Part shown: in pieces, positions 1-9,493 of the stretch | Numbering within the stretch: position 1 is the stretch's first letter | Layout of the letters: every line of letters starts with the position of its first letter | Assembly: GCA_902792235.1 (NCBI GenBank) | Contig: CADAYP010000020.1 | Location: forward strand, 1,253-65,252 | Length of the DNA stretch: 64,000 nt | Source of the DNA: Ruminococcus flavefaciens | Lineage (GTDB): Bacteria > Bacillota > Clostridia > Oscillospirales > Ruminococcaceae | Direction of reading: 5' to 3' | The notes under the pieces: model-generated | The model's input: only the letters and a program-made list of their open reading frames with translations | Databases searched by the model: none | What the model was told of the DNA's origin: nothing | Position numbers and translations under genes: made by a program

Positions 1-71
1 GCTGTATGTGCTAATGAGCGAAAGCAGATTATGCCATTTGTACAGAGTAGGCCCATGCCGGGGCGCAGGGA

Positions 72-950
72 CTATTTGTAGCGCATAGGTCTGCGGGCAA
101 TACCAATTTTTTCACCGTACTTTACTACAGTTTCGTAGCCTTCTGCCGTGTTTTTCAGCAGGTCGGCATCGGGAGTTATCCTGCCCTTTTCAACAAGGAG
201 AACTATAGTCGAACCGCCAAACTCGAACATTCCCTTTTCTTCGCCGCGGCTGAAAGAGTGTTCCTTGTGGTGGTTTTTTATCTTGCCGACAAGCATTGCA
301 CCGACTTCTACCTGTACCACGTCGCCGAAATTTTCGGTATGCAGAACGGTATACTCGCGCGAGTTGCGCTTGTAGATATTATATCGTCTCAGTGCTATCG
401 GATTGACAGTGTGAAGCTCGCCGCGGATAAATGTATTGCCGGTCTTTGTACCGTTGTCTATGTAGCAATAGCGGTGGTAATCGTCCACTTCGAGGCGGAA
501 TATCATGCAGTAGCCGCCTATGAATCTGCGTGCGAGAAAATCGTTCCTCAGCAGGTCGCTTACGCGGTACATTGATTCCTTTATGCGGAAGATACTGTGT
601 TCGTCTATCTCGTAGACTGAAAGCTTTGAATCGCATGGACTTATCAGATGTGACGGAGCAAAGTCGATCGGGCGCTTATCCGGCTTTATCCTGCGTGTGA
701 AAAACTGGTTATAGGAGTGGAAGTTTCGCATCTGATACTGTGATGTGTCGATGTGATTCTTCAATATGAACGGACGTATCAGCGGCTTTGAGAATATGGA
801 GTTCATAAAGTCGCCTGCCGCCATTGATACTATCGGAAGCGTTAAGAATTTAAGGAGTCTGCGTCCATCGGCAGTTCCGTACAGCTTTTTCAGGAGCTGA
901 CCCTGTTTCTCATTTGTGACGATTACCTCGCCTGTTCTTCTCTTAATCAT
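72..950 (-). CDS. psd: Phosphatidylserine decarboxylase proenzyme
   Basis: FFTR, SPCDSK, DYHRY and FEFGGST autocleavage motifs; 292 aa. Confidence 0.92.
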   Translation of the reverse strand: MIKRRTGEVIVTNEKQGQLLKKLYGTADGRRLLKFLTLPIVSMAAGDFMNSIFSKPLIRPFILKNHIDTSQYQMRNFHSYNQFFTRRIKPDKRPIDFAPSHLISPCDSKLSVYEIDEHSIFRIKESMYRVSDLLRNDFLARRFIGGYCMIFRLEVDDYHRYCYIDNGTKTGNTFIRGELHTVNPIALRRYNIYKRNSREYTVLHTENFGDVVQVEVGAMLVGKIKNHHKEHSFSRGEEKGMFEFGGSTIVLLVEKGRITPDADLLKNTAEGYETVVKYGEKIGIARRPMRYK

Positions 951-968
951 CTCTTTATATTTTTTACG

Positions 969-2198
969 TCATCGCTTTGCATTAGCAAGCATAAGCTTAA
1001 TACGGTTTTCCTGATTTACTCTTGTAGCGCCGGGGTCGTAGTCGATAGCGACTATATTTGCGTTGGGATTCTGCTCTTTTATAGCGCGTGTCATTCCCTT
1101 TGCAACGATGTGGTTCGGCAGACAGCCGAACGGCTGAGTGCAGATGATATTCTCAACACCTGACTGAGCAAGTGCCGCCATTTCAGCCGGAATGAGCCAT
1201 CCCTCGCCCATAACGACTCCCTGACTTATGTACTTGTCAGCAAGACTGCGGAGGTGTTCAAAGTCGTGGAGCGGCTCGAACTTGCCCTGCGCCTTCATTG
1301 CGGCGATGAGTTCTTTCTGCTTCTTGTATATAAGCTTATAGCCGAGCTTGTATATACGTGAATTCAGCGACTGATTGTTGTAAATTTTCGCATCGTTGAA
1401 TGTTCCTGCGGCGCAGTACATCACGAACTCAAGAAGTGACGGAACGACCGGTTCACAGCCTTCTGAGATGAGGAAGTCCTCGAGGTGATTGTTTGCGAGG
1501 GGTGAGTATTTTACATATATCTCACCGACGATGCCAACACGTATCTTCTTTTCACCTGATAATTTCACAGAAGAGAAATCGTCGAGTATCTCTTTGTAAA
1601 GCTTTTTGGTTTTGAGGTATTCACGGCTTCCCTTGCGGAAAATGTCACCGAGTCGGGACTGCCACTTGTCGAGCATCGCCTTAGAGTCGCCGCTGTTGAC
1701 TTCATATGCGCGGCACTTGTTATAGCAGGTCATGAGCAGGTCGCCGTAGAGGACCGCGTACAGCAGTTTCAGGAACATCGGAGCTGTGATTTTGAAGGCA
1801 CTGTCCTTTTCAAGTCCGCTGAAATTGAGTGATACGACAGGTACCTGCGGATAGTTTTTGGCAACAGCTTTTCGCAGCAGGTGGATATAGTTTGAAGCAC
1901 GGCAGCCTCCGCCGGTCTGAGTTATCAGGAGGGCAGTCTTATCGGGGTCATACTTGCCGCTGTTGAGCGCGTCCATAAACTGTCCGATTACAAGCAGAGC
2001 CGGATAGCAGGCATCATTGTGGACGTTTTTGAGTCCTTCGTCAACAACTGCACGAGAGTCGTTTTCGAGCAGCTCAACTGTGTAGCCTTTATTCTCAAAT
2101 ATCGCCATAAGCAGCCTGAAATGTACAGGCAGCATATTCGGCACGAGGATTTTATGAGTTTTTATCATATCCTCGGTAAATCTAACGTAATCAGCCAT
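969..2198 (-). CDS. plsR: 2-hydroxyacyl-CoA dehydratase-like protein; probable plasmalogen synthase reductase subunit (PlsR-type)
   Basis: HNDACYPA, TGGGCRASNY, VGEIYV and QPFGCLPNH motifs; lies 2 nt downstream of the double-activase gene. Confidence 0.7.
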   Translation of the reverse strand: MADYVRFTEDMIKTHKILVPNMLPVHFRLLMAIFENKGYTVELLENDSRAVVDEGLKNVHNDACYPALLVIGQFMDALNSGKYDPDKTALLITQTGGGCRASNYIHLLRKAVAKNYPQVPVVSLNFSGLEKDSAFKITAPMFLKLLYAVLYGDLLMTCYNKCRAYEVNSGDSKAMLDKWQSRLGDIFRKGSREYLKTKKLYKEILDDFSSVKLSGEKKIRVGIVGEIYVKYSPLANNHLEDFLISEGCEPVVPSLLEFVMYCAAGTFNDAKIYNNQSLNSRIYKLGYKLIYKKQKELIAAMKAQGKFEPLHDFEHLRSLADKYISQGVVMGEGWLIPAEMAALAQSGVENIICTQPFGCLPNHIVAKGMTRAIKEQNPNANIVAIDYDPGATRVNQENRIKLMLANAKR

Positions 2199-2200
2199 TC

Positions 2201-5158
2201 TTACTCCTTTGTGCTGTCCTTTTTATGGGCGGTATCGGCATTCATAGCGGCAACAAGACTGCGGAGTCTTATTCTTGCAGCGCCGAGGTTGTTTATTTCG
2301 TCGATTTTGAGCTGTGTATAGAGCTTGCCCTTGCTTTCAAGGATATTGCGCACCTCGTCACTGGTGACAGCGTCTATTCCGCAGCCGAAGGATACGAGCT
2401 GTATGAGCTGCATATCCGGCTGAGTTGTGACGTACTCAGCGGCTCTGTAAAGACGTGAATGATAGGTCCACTGGTTGAGTACTCCGAGTTTTGGAGTGTG
2501 AGCAAGCTGTGCGACGCTGTCCTCGGTGACTACAGCCATTCCGAGACTTGTTACAAGCTTGTGGATACCGTGGTTGATTTCCTTGTCGATATGGTATGGT
2601 CTGCCGGCGAGGACGATTATCTTGCGGTTTTCCTCTCGTGCCTGACGGATTATGTCATAAGCCTTTGCCGCTATATCGCGGTGGAAGCGGTCGAGAGCTT
2701 CAAATGCCTTATCGACTGCCGCCGGAATCTTGCCTTTGATGTTGAACTGTTTCAGTGTATTTTTCATTACCTTTACAACGTTCTTTCGGACGTTGAGGTC
2801 CATATACGGATGAATGAAATTTTTATCGTTGAGGCGCGGATTATTTCTGAGCAGAAGCTCGGGATAGTATGCAACGACAGGGCAGTTGAAGTGGTTATCG
2901 CTTTCTCCCTCGTCGAGGTTATAGCTCATGCAGGGATAGAAAATGAAGTCTGCACCTTTGTCGAGCAGATTCTCGACGTGACCGTGTGTAAGCTTTGCGG
3001 GGTAGCAAACAGTATCCGAAGGGATAGTATGCTGACCGAGGTAGTACATATCACGCGAGCTTTCGTCACTGAAAATGGTCTGGAAACCAAGCTCGGTAAA
3101 GAAAGTATGCCAGAAAGGCATCTGCTCATAGAAGCTGAGCGAGAGCGGAAGACCTACCTTAGCGACGGGGCGCGACGGCTGAGCGGTCTTTTCGAGGGAT
3201 ATTATGCTGTTATACTTGTACTCATAGAGGTTCGGCACGTTGTTTTTCTTAGCCTTGCCGCCGCCTTTTTCACAGCGGTTGCCGGAGATGAAATTTCTGC
3301 CTTTGCCGAAGTTGATGATGTTGAGCTGACAGTTCGCAGTACAGCCTCCGCACTGTGCAGACCGCGATGTATAGGCAAATGTAGCAAGTTCGTCCTTTGA
3401 GATGATACTTGATTCGCCCTCAGAGCGCTCCTTTGCATAGAGTGCACAGCCGAATGCACCCATAAGTCCTGAAATAGCCGGACGAATAACATTTCTGCCG
3501 AGTTCCTTCTCGAATGAGCGGAGTACCGCATCATTGAGGAATGTGCCGCCTTGTACGACGATATTCTTTCCGAGGTCGTCTGGCGAATTTGCACGTATAA
3601 CTTTATATATGGCATTTTTAATGATAGACGAAGAAAGACCCGCGGAGATGTCCTCGACGGTAGCGCCGTCCTTCTGCGCCTGTTTTACGGAGCTGTTCAT
3701 GAATACGGTACAGCGTGAGCCGAGGTCTACGGGGTGTTCAGCGAAAAGACCGAGCTGAGAGAACTCAGCGATATCGTAGCCGAGAGCCATAGCGAATGTC
3801 TGTATGAATGAGCCGCATCCCGATGAACACGCTTCATTCAGCATGATACTGTCGATGCTGTGATTTTTGATCTTGAAGCACTTGATGTCCTGACCGCCGA
3901 TGTCGATGATGAAGTCAACATCGGGGCAGAAGTAAGCGGCAGCCTTGAAGTGAGCGACAGTTTCAACGATGCCGTGGTCGATAGAGAGTCCGGCTTTGAT
4001 GAGGTCTTCTCCGTAGCCGGTTACAGCCGAGCCTTTTATCGTGATATCGGGGTTCATCGCCTCGTATATCTTTTTGAGCTGATCGGAGATCTTGTCAAGC
4101 GGCTGACCCTGATTCGAGCTGTAATGGTGATAGAGAATGCGTCCGTCATCGGTTATGAGCACGAGCTTTGTTGTGGTTGAGCCTGCGTCGATACCGAGGT
4201 AAGCGTCGCCTTTATATGTACGGATATCGCCGTATCCGAGGTCAAATTTCTTATGGCGGTCGATGAATTCATCGTATTCAGCCTGCGATCTGAAGAGCGG
4301 GTCGCCTGTGACTATATCATCGGAAGCGCGGGCGTTCTTAACCTTGTTGAGAAGTTCAGTGACTGAGTATGCATCAGCCGCCTGTGAAGCGTAGAGCGCA
4401 CAGCCGTATGCCACGAAAACAGGACCGTCTTCCGGAAATACAGCGTGTTCATCGTCGAGTCCGAGAGTTTTAACGAATGCCTGCTTGAGACCCTTCAGGA
4501 AGTGGAGCGGTCCGCCGAGGAATAGTACCTTTCCCTCGATAGTTCTGCCCTGCGCAAGACCTGATACAGTCTGGTCGACTACAGCCTGAAATATACTTGC
4601 GGCAACGTCCTCACGTCGAGCACCCTGATTGAGAAGCGGCTGTATATCTGATTTAGCGAAAACTCCACAGCGTGAAGCTATGGGGTAAATTTTCTGTGCC
4701 CTGAGCGAGAGTTCGTCGAGCTGGTCGGCAGTGATTCCGAGGAGAGTAGCCATCTGGTCGATGAAAGCACCTGTTCCTCCGGCGCAAGAGCCGTTCATAC
4801 GCTGTTCAACTCCGCCTGTGAGGAAGATTATCTTAGCATCTTCGCCGCCGAGTTCGATAACAGCGTCAGCATCAGGCTGTTTTTCCTTTACTGCGAGGAA
4901 AGCTGCGTGAACTTCCTGAACGAACGGTATCTCTGCTGAATTAGCAAGTCCGAGACCTGCCGAACCGGTGATGCAGACCTTGAATGATTCATCAGGGTAG
5001 TCTGCCTGAATCAGTTTCAGCTGGTCGGTAACGGTTTCTTTTACCTTGGAAAGGTGGCGCTGATACTTTGAATATACGATATTGCCTTCGATATCGGTTA
5101 TGACAGTCTTTACTGTAGTAGAGCCGACGTCGATACCGAGAGAATAGTTATTCGCCAT
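2201..5158 (-). CDS. plsA: CoA-substrate-specific activase with two BadF/BadG/BcrA/BcrD ATPase domains plus DUF2229-like region; probable plasmalogen synthase PlsA-type
   Basis: GIDVGSTT and GIDAGSTT ASKHA motifs, CAGGTG and CSSGCG Fe-S motifs, SDTVCYPAK, GRPYH; 985 aa. Confidence 0.72.
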   Translation of the reverse strand: MANNYSLGIDVGSTTVKTVITDIEGNIVYSKYQRHLSKVKETVTDQLKLIQADYPDESFKVCITGSAGLGLANSAEIPFVQEVHAAFLAVKEKQPDADAVIELGGEDAKIIFLTGGVEQRMNGSCAGGTGAFIDQMATLLGITADQLDELSLRAQKIYPIASRCGVFAKSDIQPLLNQGARREDVAASIFQAVVDQTVSGLAQGRTIEGKVLFLGGPLHFLKGLKQAFVKTLGLDDEHAVFPEDGPVFVAYGCALYASQAADAYSVTELLNKVKNARASDDIVTGDPLFRSQAEYDEFIDRHKKFDLGYGDIRTYKGDAYLGIDAGSTTTKLVLITDDGRILYHHYSSNQGQPLDKISDQLKKIYEAMNPDITIKGSAVTGYGEDLIKAGLSIDHGIVETVAHFKAAAYFCPDVDFIIDIGGQDIKCFKIKNHSIDSIMLNEACSSGCGSFIQTFAMALGYDIAEFSQLGLFAEHPVDLGSRCTVFMNSSVKQAQKDGATVEDISAGLSSSIIKNAIYKVIRANSPDDLGKNIVVQGGTFLNDAVLRSFEKELGRNVIRPAISGLMGAFGCALYAKERSEGESSIISKDELATFAYTSRSAQCGGCTANCQLNIINFGKGRNFISGNRCEKGGGKAKKNNVPNLYEYKYNSIISLEKTAQPSRPVAKVGLPLSLSFYEQMPFWHTFFTELGFQTIFSDESSRDMYYLGQHTIPSDTVCYPAKLTHGHVENLLDKGADFIFYPCMSYNLDEGESDNHFNCPVVAYYPELLLRNNPRLNDKNFIHPYMDLNVRKNVVKVMKNTLKQFNIKGKIPAAVDKAFEALDRFHRDIAAKAYDIIRQAREENRKIIVLAGRPYHIDKEINHGIHKLVTSLGMAVVTEDSVAQLAHTPKLGVLNQWTYHSRLYRAAEYVTTQPDMQLIQLVSFGCGIDAVTSDEVRNILESKGKLYTQLKIDEINNLGAARIRLRSLVAAMNADTAHKKDSTKE

Positions 5159-5415
5159 AGTTTTACCTCTTATATAAATTTCTCCCTATGGAGATGCTTT
5201 CTGACTTAAACGTAATTACTATCATTATACTACATTTACGGAAAAAAATAAAGTGGTAAAAATTATTTTTATCATTTTTTCTGAAAATGCGTGCTTTTTT
5301 GCGAGTATTTGTAATTCTTTGCTATAGTTGAAGGGGAATCCGAGCGATATTACGGCTGTTGCTATTCGCGGAAAAGTGTGTTATAATTATTTCATATTAC
5401 CGAAAGGAGCAGACT

Positions 5416-7452
5416 ATGGCTGCCAATCTTTTTTCAGAAATTGAATACCTGAAAGGTGTAGGCAAGGCAAGAGGCGAAAAATACCGCAAGCTTGAGATAA
5501 GCAGTCCCTATGACCTGATTTATCACATTCCGCGTGCTTACCTTGATTTCCGTGCATATGTACCGATACAGCAGGCTGTTATAGGCAGCTATAACGTGCT
5601 GAAGCTGACCGTAGTGCAGAAGAATCGGCCTCAGCGAGTGCGCGGCGGACTTGTTATATGCAATGCCGTTGCAACCGATGGTATCAGCACGATAGTTATA
5701 GTAATATATAATAACATTTACGGATTTCAGGCGCTTAAAGAGGGACAGACATATTATATGTATGGCAAGGTAAACGGCAGTATGCTTCGACGTGAAATAG
5801 CTGCGCCGGTGTTTATCAAAGCCGATGAGAAAGTGCTTATTCAACCGATATATCGCCTTACGCAGGGACTTTCCGTGAATATGGTGAGGACGAATATGCG
5901 GCAGGCACTCGATATCATGAAGCATTTTCCTTTTGAGACTCTTCCTCAGGACATTCTCTCGCAGTATCACCTCGCACCGCTGATGTGGTCACTTGAGAAT
6001 ATCCATTTTCCGACGAGTGACAAAGCTGCTGAGGAGGCACGCCGCCGCCTTGCATTTGATGAACTGCTGAAGCTTCAGCTCGGTATGACTATGCTGAAAC
6101 TCCGCCGCAGAAAGACTACCGCTTTTGCAATGGACAGCAGTGTCGATATCAGCGGCTTTAATCGTGCGCTGCCTTTCGAGTTTACTGAGGGACAGGCGCA
6201 GGCGGTGAGCGACATTATTGCCGACCTCTGTAAGGATACTCCCATGAACCGGCTTTTGCAGGGCGATGTCGGAAGCGGCAAGACCGCTGTAGCAGCGGCA
6301 GCGTGCTGTTTTGCGGCAAAAAATGGTATACAGTCCGCACTCATGGCTCCTACAGAAATACTCGCAACTCAGCATTTCAACACGTTATCCGAACTCCTCG
6401 GACCACTCGGGATAGAAGTTTGTCTGCTGACAGGTTCGTCAACTGCAAAAAAGAAGAATATGATACGTGAAAAACTTGCAAGCGGCGAGATTGATGTTAT
6501 CGTCGGTACTCATGCCATTATACAGAAAGACGTTGAATACAAGACTCTCGGACTTGTCATAACCGATGAACAGCACCGTTTCGGTGTAGCACAGCGAGCG
6601 GCTCTCGCTGAAAAGGGCGATTCTCCGCACAGGCTTGTAATGTCGGCAACTCCGATACCGCGAACTCTCGCACTCATGATTTACGGCGACCTCGATATTT
6701 CCGTGATAAAACAGCTTCCAAAAGGCAGACAGCCTGTCAAGACATATGCTGTGACCGGAAAAAAGCGTGCTGATGCATTCGGGTTTGTCCGTGAGCGCCT
6801 TGATGAGGGCAGACAGGCATATGTGGTATGCCCAATGATAGAGGACAGTGAGAGTGACCTTTTTGCTGTAAAATCCTATGCCGAGGACGCGGCAAACGGT
6901 AATCTGAAAGGCTATACTACCGCACTTCTCCACGGAAAAATGCGTTCAGCAGAAAAGGAAAAGGTAATGAAGAAATTCCGCGACGGCGAGATACAAGTGC
7001 TGATTTGTACGACTGTAGTCGAGGTCGGGGTAGACGTTCCGAATGCGGCGGTAATGGTCATAGAAAATGCTGAACGTTTCGGACTTTCTCAGCTTCATCA
7101 GCTTCGCGGAAGAGTCGGCAGAGGAAGCTGTGAGAGCTTCTGCATACTCATAACCGACAACAAAAACGACGACTGCATAAAGCGTATGAAGATAATCTCC
7201 TCCACGACGGACGGTTTCAGAATTGCCGAGGAGGACCTCAAAATGCGCGGACCCGGTGACTTCTTCGGTAACGCTCAGCACGGACTCCCACCGCTGAAAA
7301 TTGCCGATGTTGCGTGCAGTATGGAGCTTTCGGGAATGGCACAGGAGTGTGCCGCGAAAATTCTCGCAGACGACCCCGAACTCAGCAAGCCACAGAACCG
7401 TTCACTGAAAATGGATACCATGCGCCTGTTCAGAAACGACATAACAGGTTAA
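5416..7452 (+). CDS. recG: ATP-dependent DNA helicase RecG
   Basis: QGDVGSGKT, DEQHRFG, SATPIPRTL, QLHQLRGRVGRG; start moved to ATG 5416 after AAGGAG. Confidence 0.97.
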   Translation: MAANLFSEIEYLKGVGKARGEKYRKLEISSPYDLIYHIPRAYLDFRAYVPIQQAVIGSYNVLKLTVVQKNRPQRVRGGLVICNAVATDGISTIVIVIYNNIYGFQALKEGQTYYMYGKVNGSMLRREIAAPVFIKADEKVLIQPIYRLTQGLSVNMVRTNMRQALDIMKHFPFETLPQDILSQYHLAPLMWSLENIHFPTSDKAAEEARRRLAFDELLKLQLGMTMLKLRRRKTTAFAMDSSVDISGFNRALPFEFTEGQAQAVSDIIADLCKDTPMNRLLQGDVGSGKTAVAAAACCFAAKNGIQSALMAPTEILATQHFNTLSELLGPLGIEVCLLTGSSTAKKKNMIREKLASGEIDVIVGTHAIIQKDVEYKTLGLVITDEQHRFGVAQRAALAEKGDSPHRLVMSATPIPRTLALMIYGDLDISVIKQLPKGRQPVKTYAVTGKKRADAFGFVRERLDEGRQAYVVCPMIEDSESDLFAVKSYAEDAANGNLKGYTTALLHGKMRSAEKEKVMKKFRDGEIQVLICTTVVEVGVDVPNAAVMVIENAERFGLSQLHQLRGRVGRGSCESFCILITDNKNDDCIKRMKIISSTTDGFRIAEEDLKMRGPGDFFGNAQHGLPPLKIADVACSMELSGMAQECAAKILADDPELSKPQNRSLKMDTMRLFRNDITG

Positions 7453-7468
7453 CGTCAGGAAAAAATAA

Positions 7469-7500
7469 ATGCGGACAGCCATCGTGCCGTCCGCATATTT
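7469..7500. terminator. Bidirectional intrinsic terminator between recG and convergent small ORF
   Basis: ATGCGGAC...GTCCGCAT stem flanked by A-rich and T-rich runs. Confidence 0.7.
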
Positions 7501-7570
7501 TATATAATAAATTGATCGTTTCCTCATGTTAAAATGGGAAACCTCAGGTGAAATACAGTGGTATTATTCC

Positions 7571-7795
7571 TTACTTAGTGATCTTGTTGATAAGGTCACT
7601 GATCTTTCCGCCGATACCGTCAGCAGTTACCTTTGCCTTTACACCGTCAACTATCTTATTGATCTGATCGTCGGGGAGGTCAACTCCGATAACACCTTCA
7701 ACAGCCTTGACAGGGTCATTTTTGAATTTTTCAGCGAAGTCCTTGTCGTTCTTGACTTTGTTTACGAGTTCTTCGATTTTTGCTTTGATATCCAT
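7571..7795 (-). CDS. Small helical hypothetical protein (74 aa)
   Basis: Clean ORF with GAAGG SD-like sequence; charged, amphipathic. Confidence 0.75.
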   Translation of the reverse strand: MDIKAKIEELVNKVKNDKDFAEKFKNDPVKAVEGVIGVDLPDDQINKIVDGVKAKVTADGIGGKISDLINKITK

Positions 7796-7837
7796 AGCGG
7801 AATACCTTCTTTCTTATAAATTTATATTTTTATTATA

Positions 7838-8338
7838 TCACTTGCCGCTGAAAAAATCAAGCTGTTTCTCAAACATAAGCACAGGGTACCCCTCATAATA
7901 CGGCTTTACTATTTCGGGGTGAGAATCGGCATAGCTGAAAATAGCGTCAGCAAGTCCTTCTTTAAGAAAGCCGCTCAGCTGAGAGAGTGGTCTGCCGAAC
8001 ATTTCCTCGCAGATAGATGCTATAGTTATGGCTCTTCTGCCGCCTATTTCCATTATCCGGTAAGGCCATATACGGCAATCGAACGGCTTATCATCGCCGA
8101 GCATACAGCCTGTTTCGGTGAGTGCGGGACATGAAAAAAGTTCGTCCTCATCGAGTTCTTTCAGCTTGAAAATATATCCGCCGTCCTTAGGTACAAATTC
8201 TGTATCAGGCTTAGCGGCGCGGATACGTTCGCATATTTCGGCTGTGAATACCGGAGTTTCCCAAACGTCGTATCTGTCGAATCTACAGCACAGCTTACAT
8301 TCGGCACAGCTTTTGCTGTCAAGAATTTTTTTCAGCAT
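7838..8338 (-). CDS. YkgJ-like cysteine-cluster (Zn/Fe-S) protein
   Basis: CxxCxxCC at N-terminus, CPAL...C, KPFDCRIWP. Confidence 0.7.
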   Translation of the reverse strand: MLKKILDSKSCAECKLCCRFDRYDVWETPVFTAEICERIRAAKPDTEFVPKDGGYIFKLKELDEDELFSCPALTETGCMLGDDKPFDCRIWPYRIMEIGGRRAITIASICEEMFGRPLSQLSGFLKEGLADAIFSYADSHPEIVKPYYEGYPVLMFEKQLDFFSGK

Positions 8339-9308
8339 CGTTATTTCTCCTTTTTTCGGTATCGTTTATAAAATCGGCTACTATATAACGCGGACGCTGT
8401 TTGACTTCGGCATAAATTTTTCCGATATATTCGCCGATTATGCCGAGTGCGAGTATCTGTATTCCTCCGATTAACCATATCGAGCACATTGTACTCGACC
8501 AGCCAAGTTCGGAGTGTCCGAGTATTTTTACCACGAATGCCCATATTATCGCCGCCGTACTTATCAGCGACATGATAAAGCCGATTGCGGTTATCAGTTT
8601 AAGCGGCTTAGTGCTGAACGATGTTATGCCGTTTACAGCGAATGCAAGCATTTTTTTCAGCGGATACTTGCTCTCACCTGCAAAGCGCTCACTGCGCTCA
8701 TAGTAGACGTTTGCACTCTTGAAACCTATCAGCGGGACTATCCCGCGCAGAAAAAGATTTACCTCGCGGAAACCGTCAAGCTCTTGCAGTACTCTCCTGC
8801 TCATAAGTCTGAAGTCCGCATGATTGTAGACGATATCCGCTCCCATTGATTTCATGAAGCGGTAGAAGCTTTCGGCAGTGAAGCGCTTGAAGAAGGTGTC
8901 GGTTTTTCGTGCACTGCGGACTCCATATACTACCTGACAGCCTTCGTTGTATTTCTCAACCATAGCGTCTATGGCATTTATATCGTCCTGTAGGTCAGCG
9001 TCCATAGTGATAGCCATGTCGCAGATGTCCTTGACGGTCATAAGTCCGGCGAGTACAGCATTCTGATGACCGCTGTTGCGTGAGAGGTTTATACCGGAGA
9101 AAAAACCGGGCTCTGAGCGGTGAAGCTCCTCTATTATCTGCCATGTCGAGTCTTTTGAGCCGTCGTTGACAAAAACTATCCGGCTTTCGGGGGATATCAT
9201 TCCACGCTCTGTGAGGACGGTGTATTTTGCCTTCATTCGTGAAGCAGTCTCGTGAAGAACAGCTTCCTCATTATAGCATGGGATTACCATATATAGTATA
9301 TCAGCCAT
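8319..9308 (-). CDS. GT2 glycosyltransferase, GtrB/CsbB-like (polyprenyl-phosphate glycosyltransferase)
   Basis: IPCYNEE, NDGSKD, RNSGHQNA, DADLQD, two C-terminal TM helices, RPRY. Confidence 0.9.
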   Translation of the reverse strand: MADILYMVIPCYNEEAVLHETASRMKAKYTVLTERGMISPESRIVFVNDGSKDSTWQIIEELHRSEPGFFSGINLSRNSGHQNAVLAGLMTVKDICDMAITMDADLQDDINAIDAMVEKYNEGCQVVYGVRSARKTDTFFKRFTAESFYRFMKSMGADIVYNHADFRLMSRRVLQELDGFREVNLFLRGIVPLIGFKSANVYYERSERFAGESKYPLKKMLAFAVNGITSFSTKPLKLITAIGFIMSLISTAAIIWAFVVKILGHSELGWSSTMCSIWLIGGIQILALGIIGEYIGKIYAEVKQRPRYIVADFINDTEKRRNNDAEKNS

Positions 9309-9427
9309 TGAGATTCCTCATTTCATATATATGAAATAATTTTACCATGTGCATCACGGAAAGTCAATATCGCTGATATACAAAAAACGTCCGGACAGAG
9401 AGCCGGTTAAATATCATACTTGTATTA

Positions 9428-9456
9428 TTGACTGTTTTGCCGTATAATGATATAAT
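9428..9456 (+). promoter_or_regulatory. SigA-type promoter for lipoprotein/CAAX genes
   Basis: TTGACT-17-TATAAT. Confidence 0.7.
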
Positions 9457-9493
9457 ATATTTTACAACATCAATATAAATAGGACGGTGAACT

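Noticed and set aside
2459-3400. 313-aa antisense ORF, and similar ones at 27128-27868, 31068-31715, 38614-39222 and 54909-55685
   Set aside because: Shadows of real genes caused by codon bias; no motifs or ribosome-binding sites recognised.
7571-7795. Nif11/NHLP-type RiPP precursor
   Set aside because: No Cys/Ser/Thr-rich core after the only GG, and no modifying enzyme or transporter adjacent.
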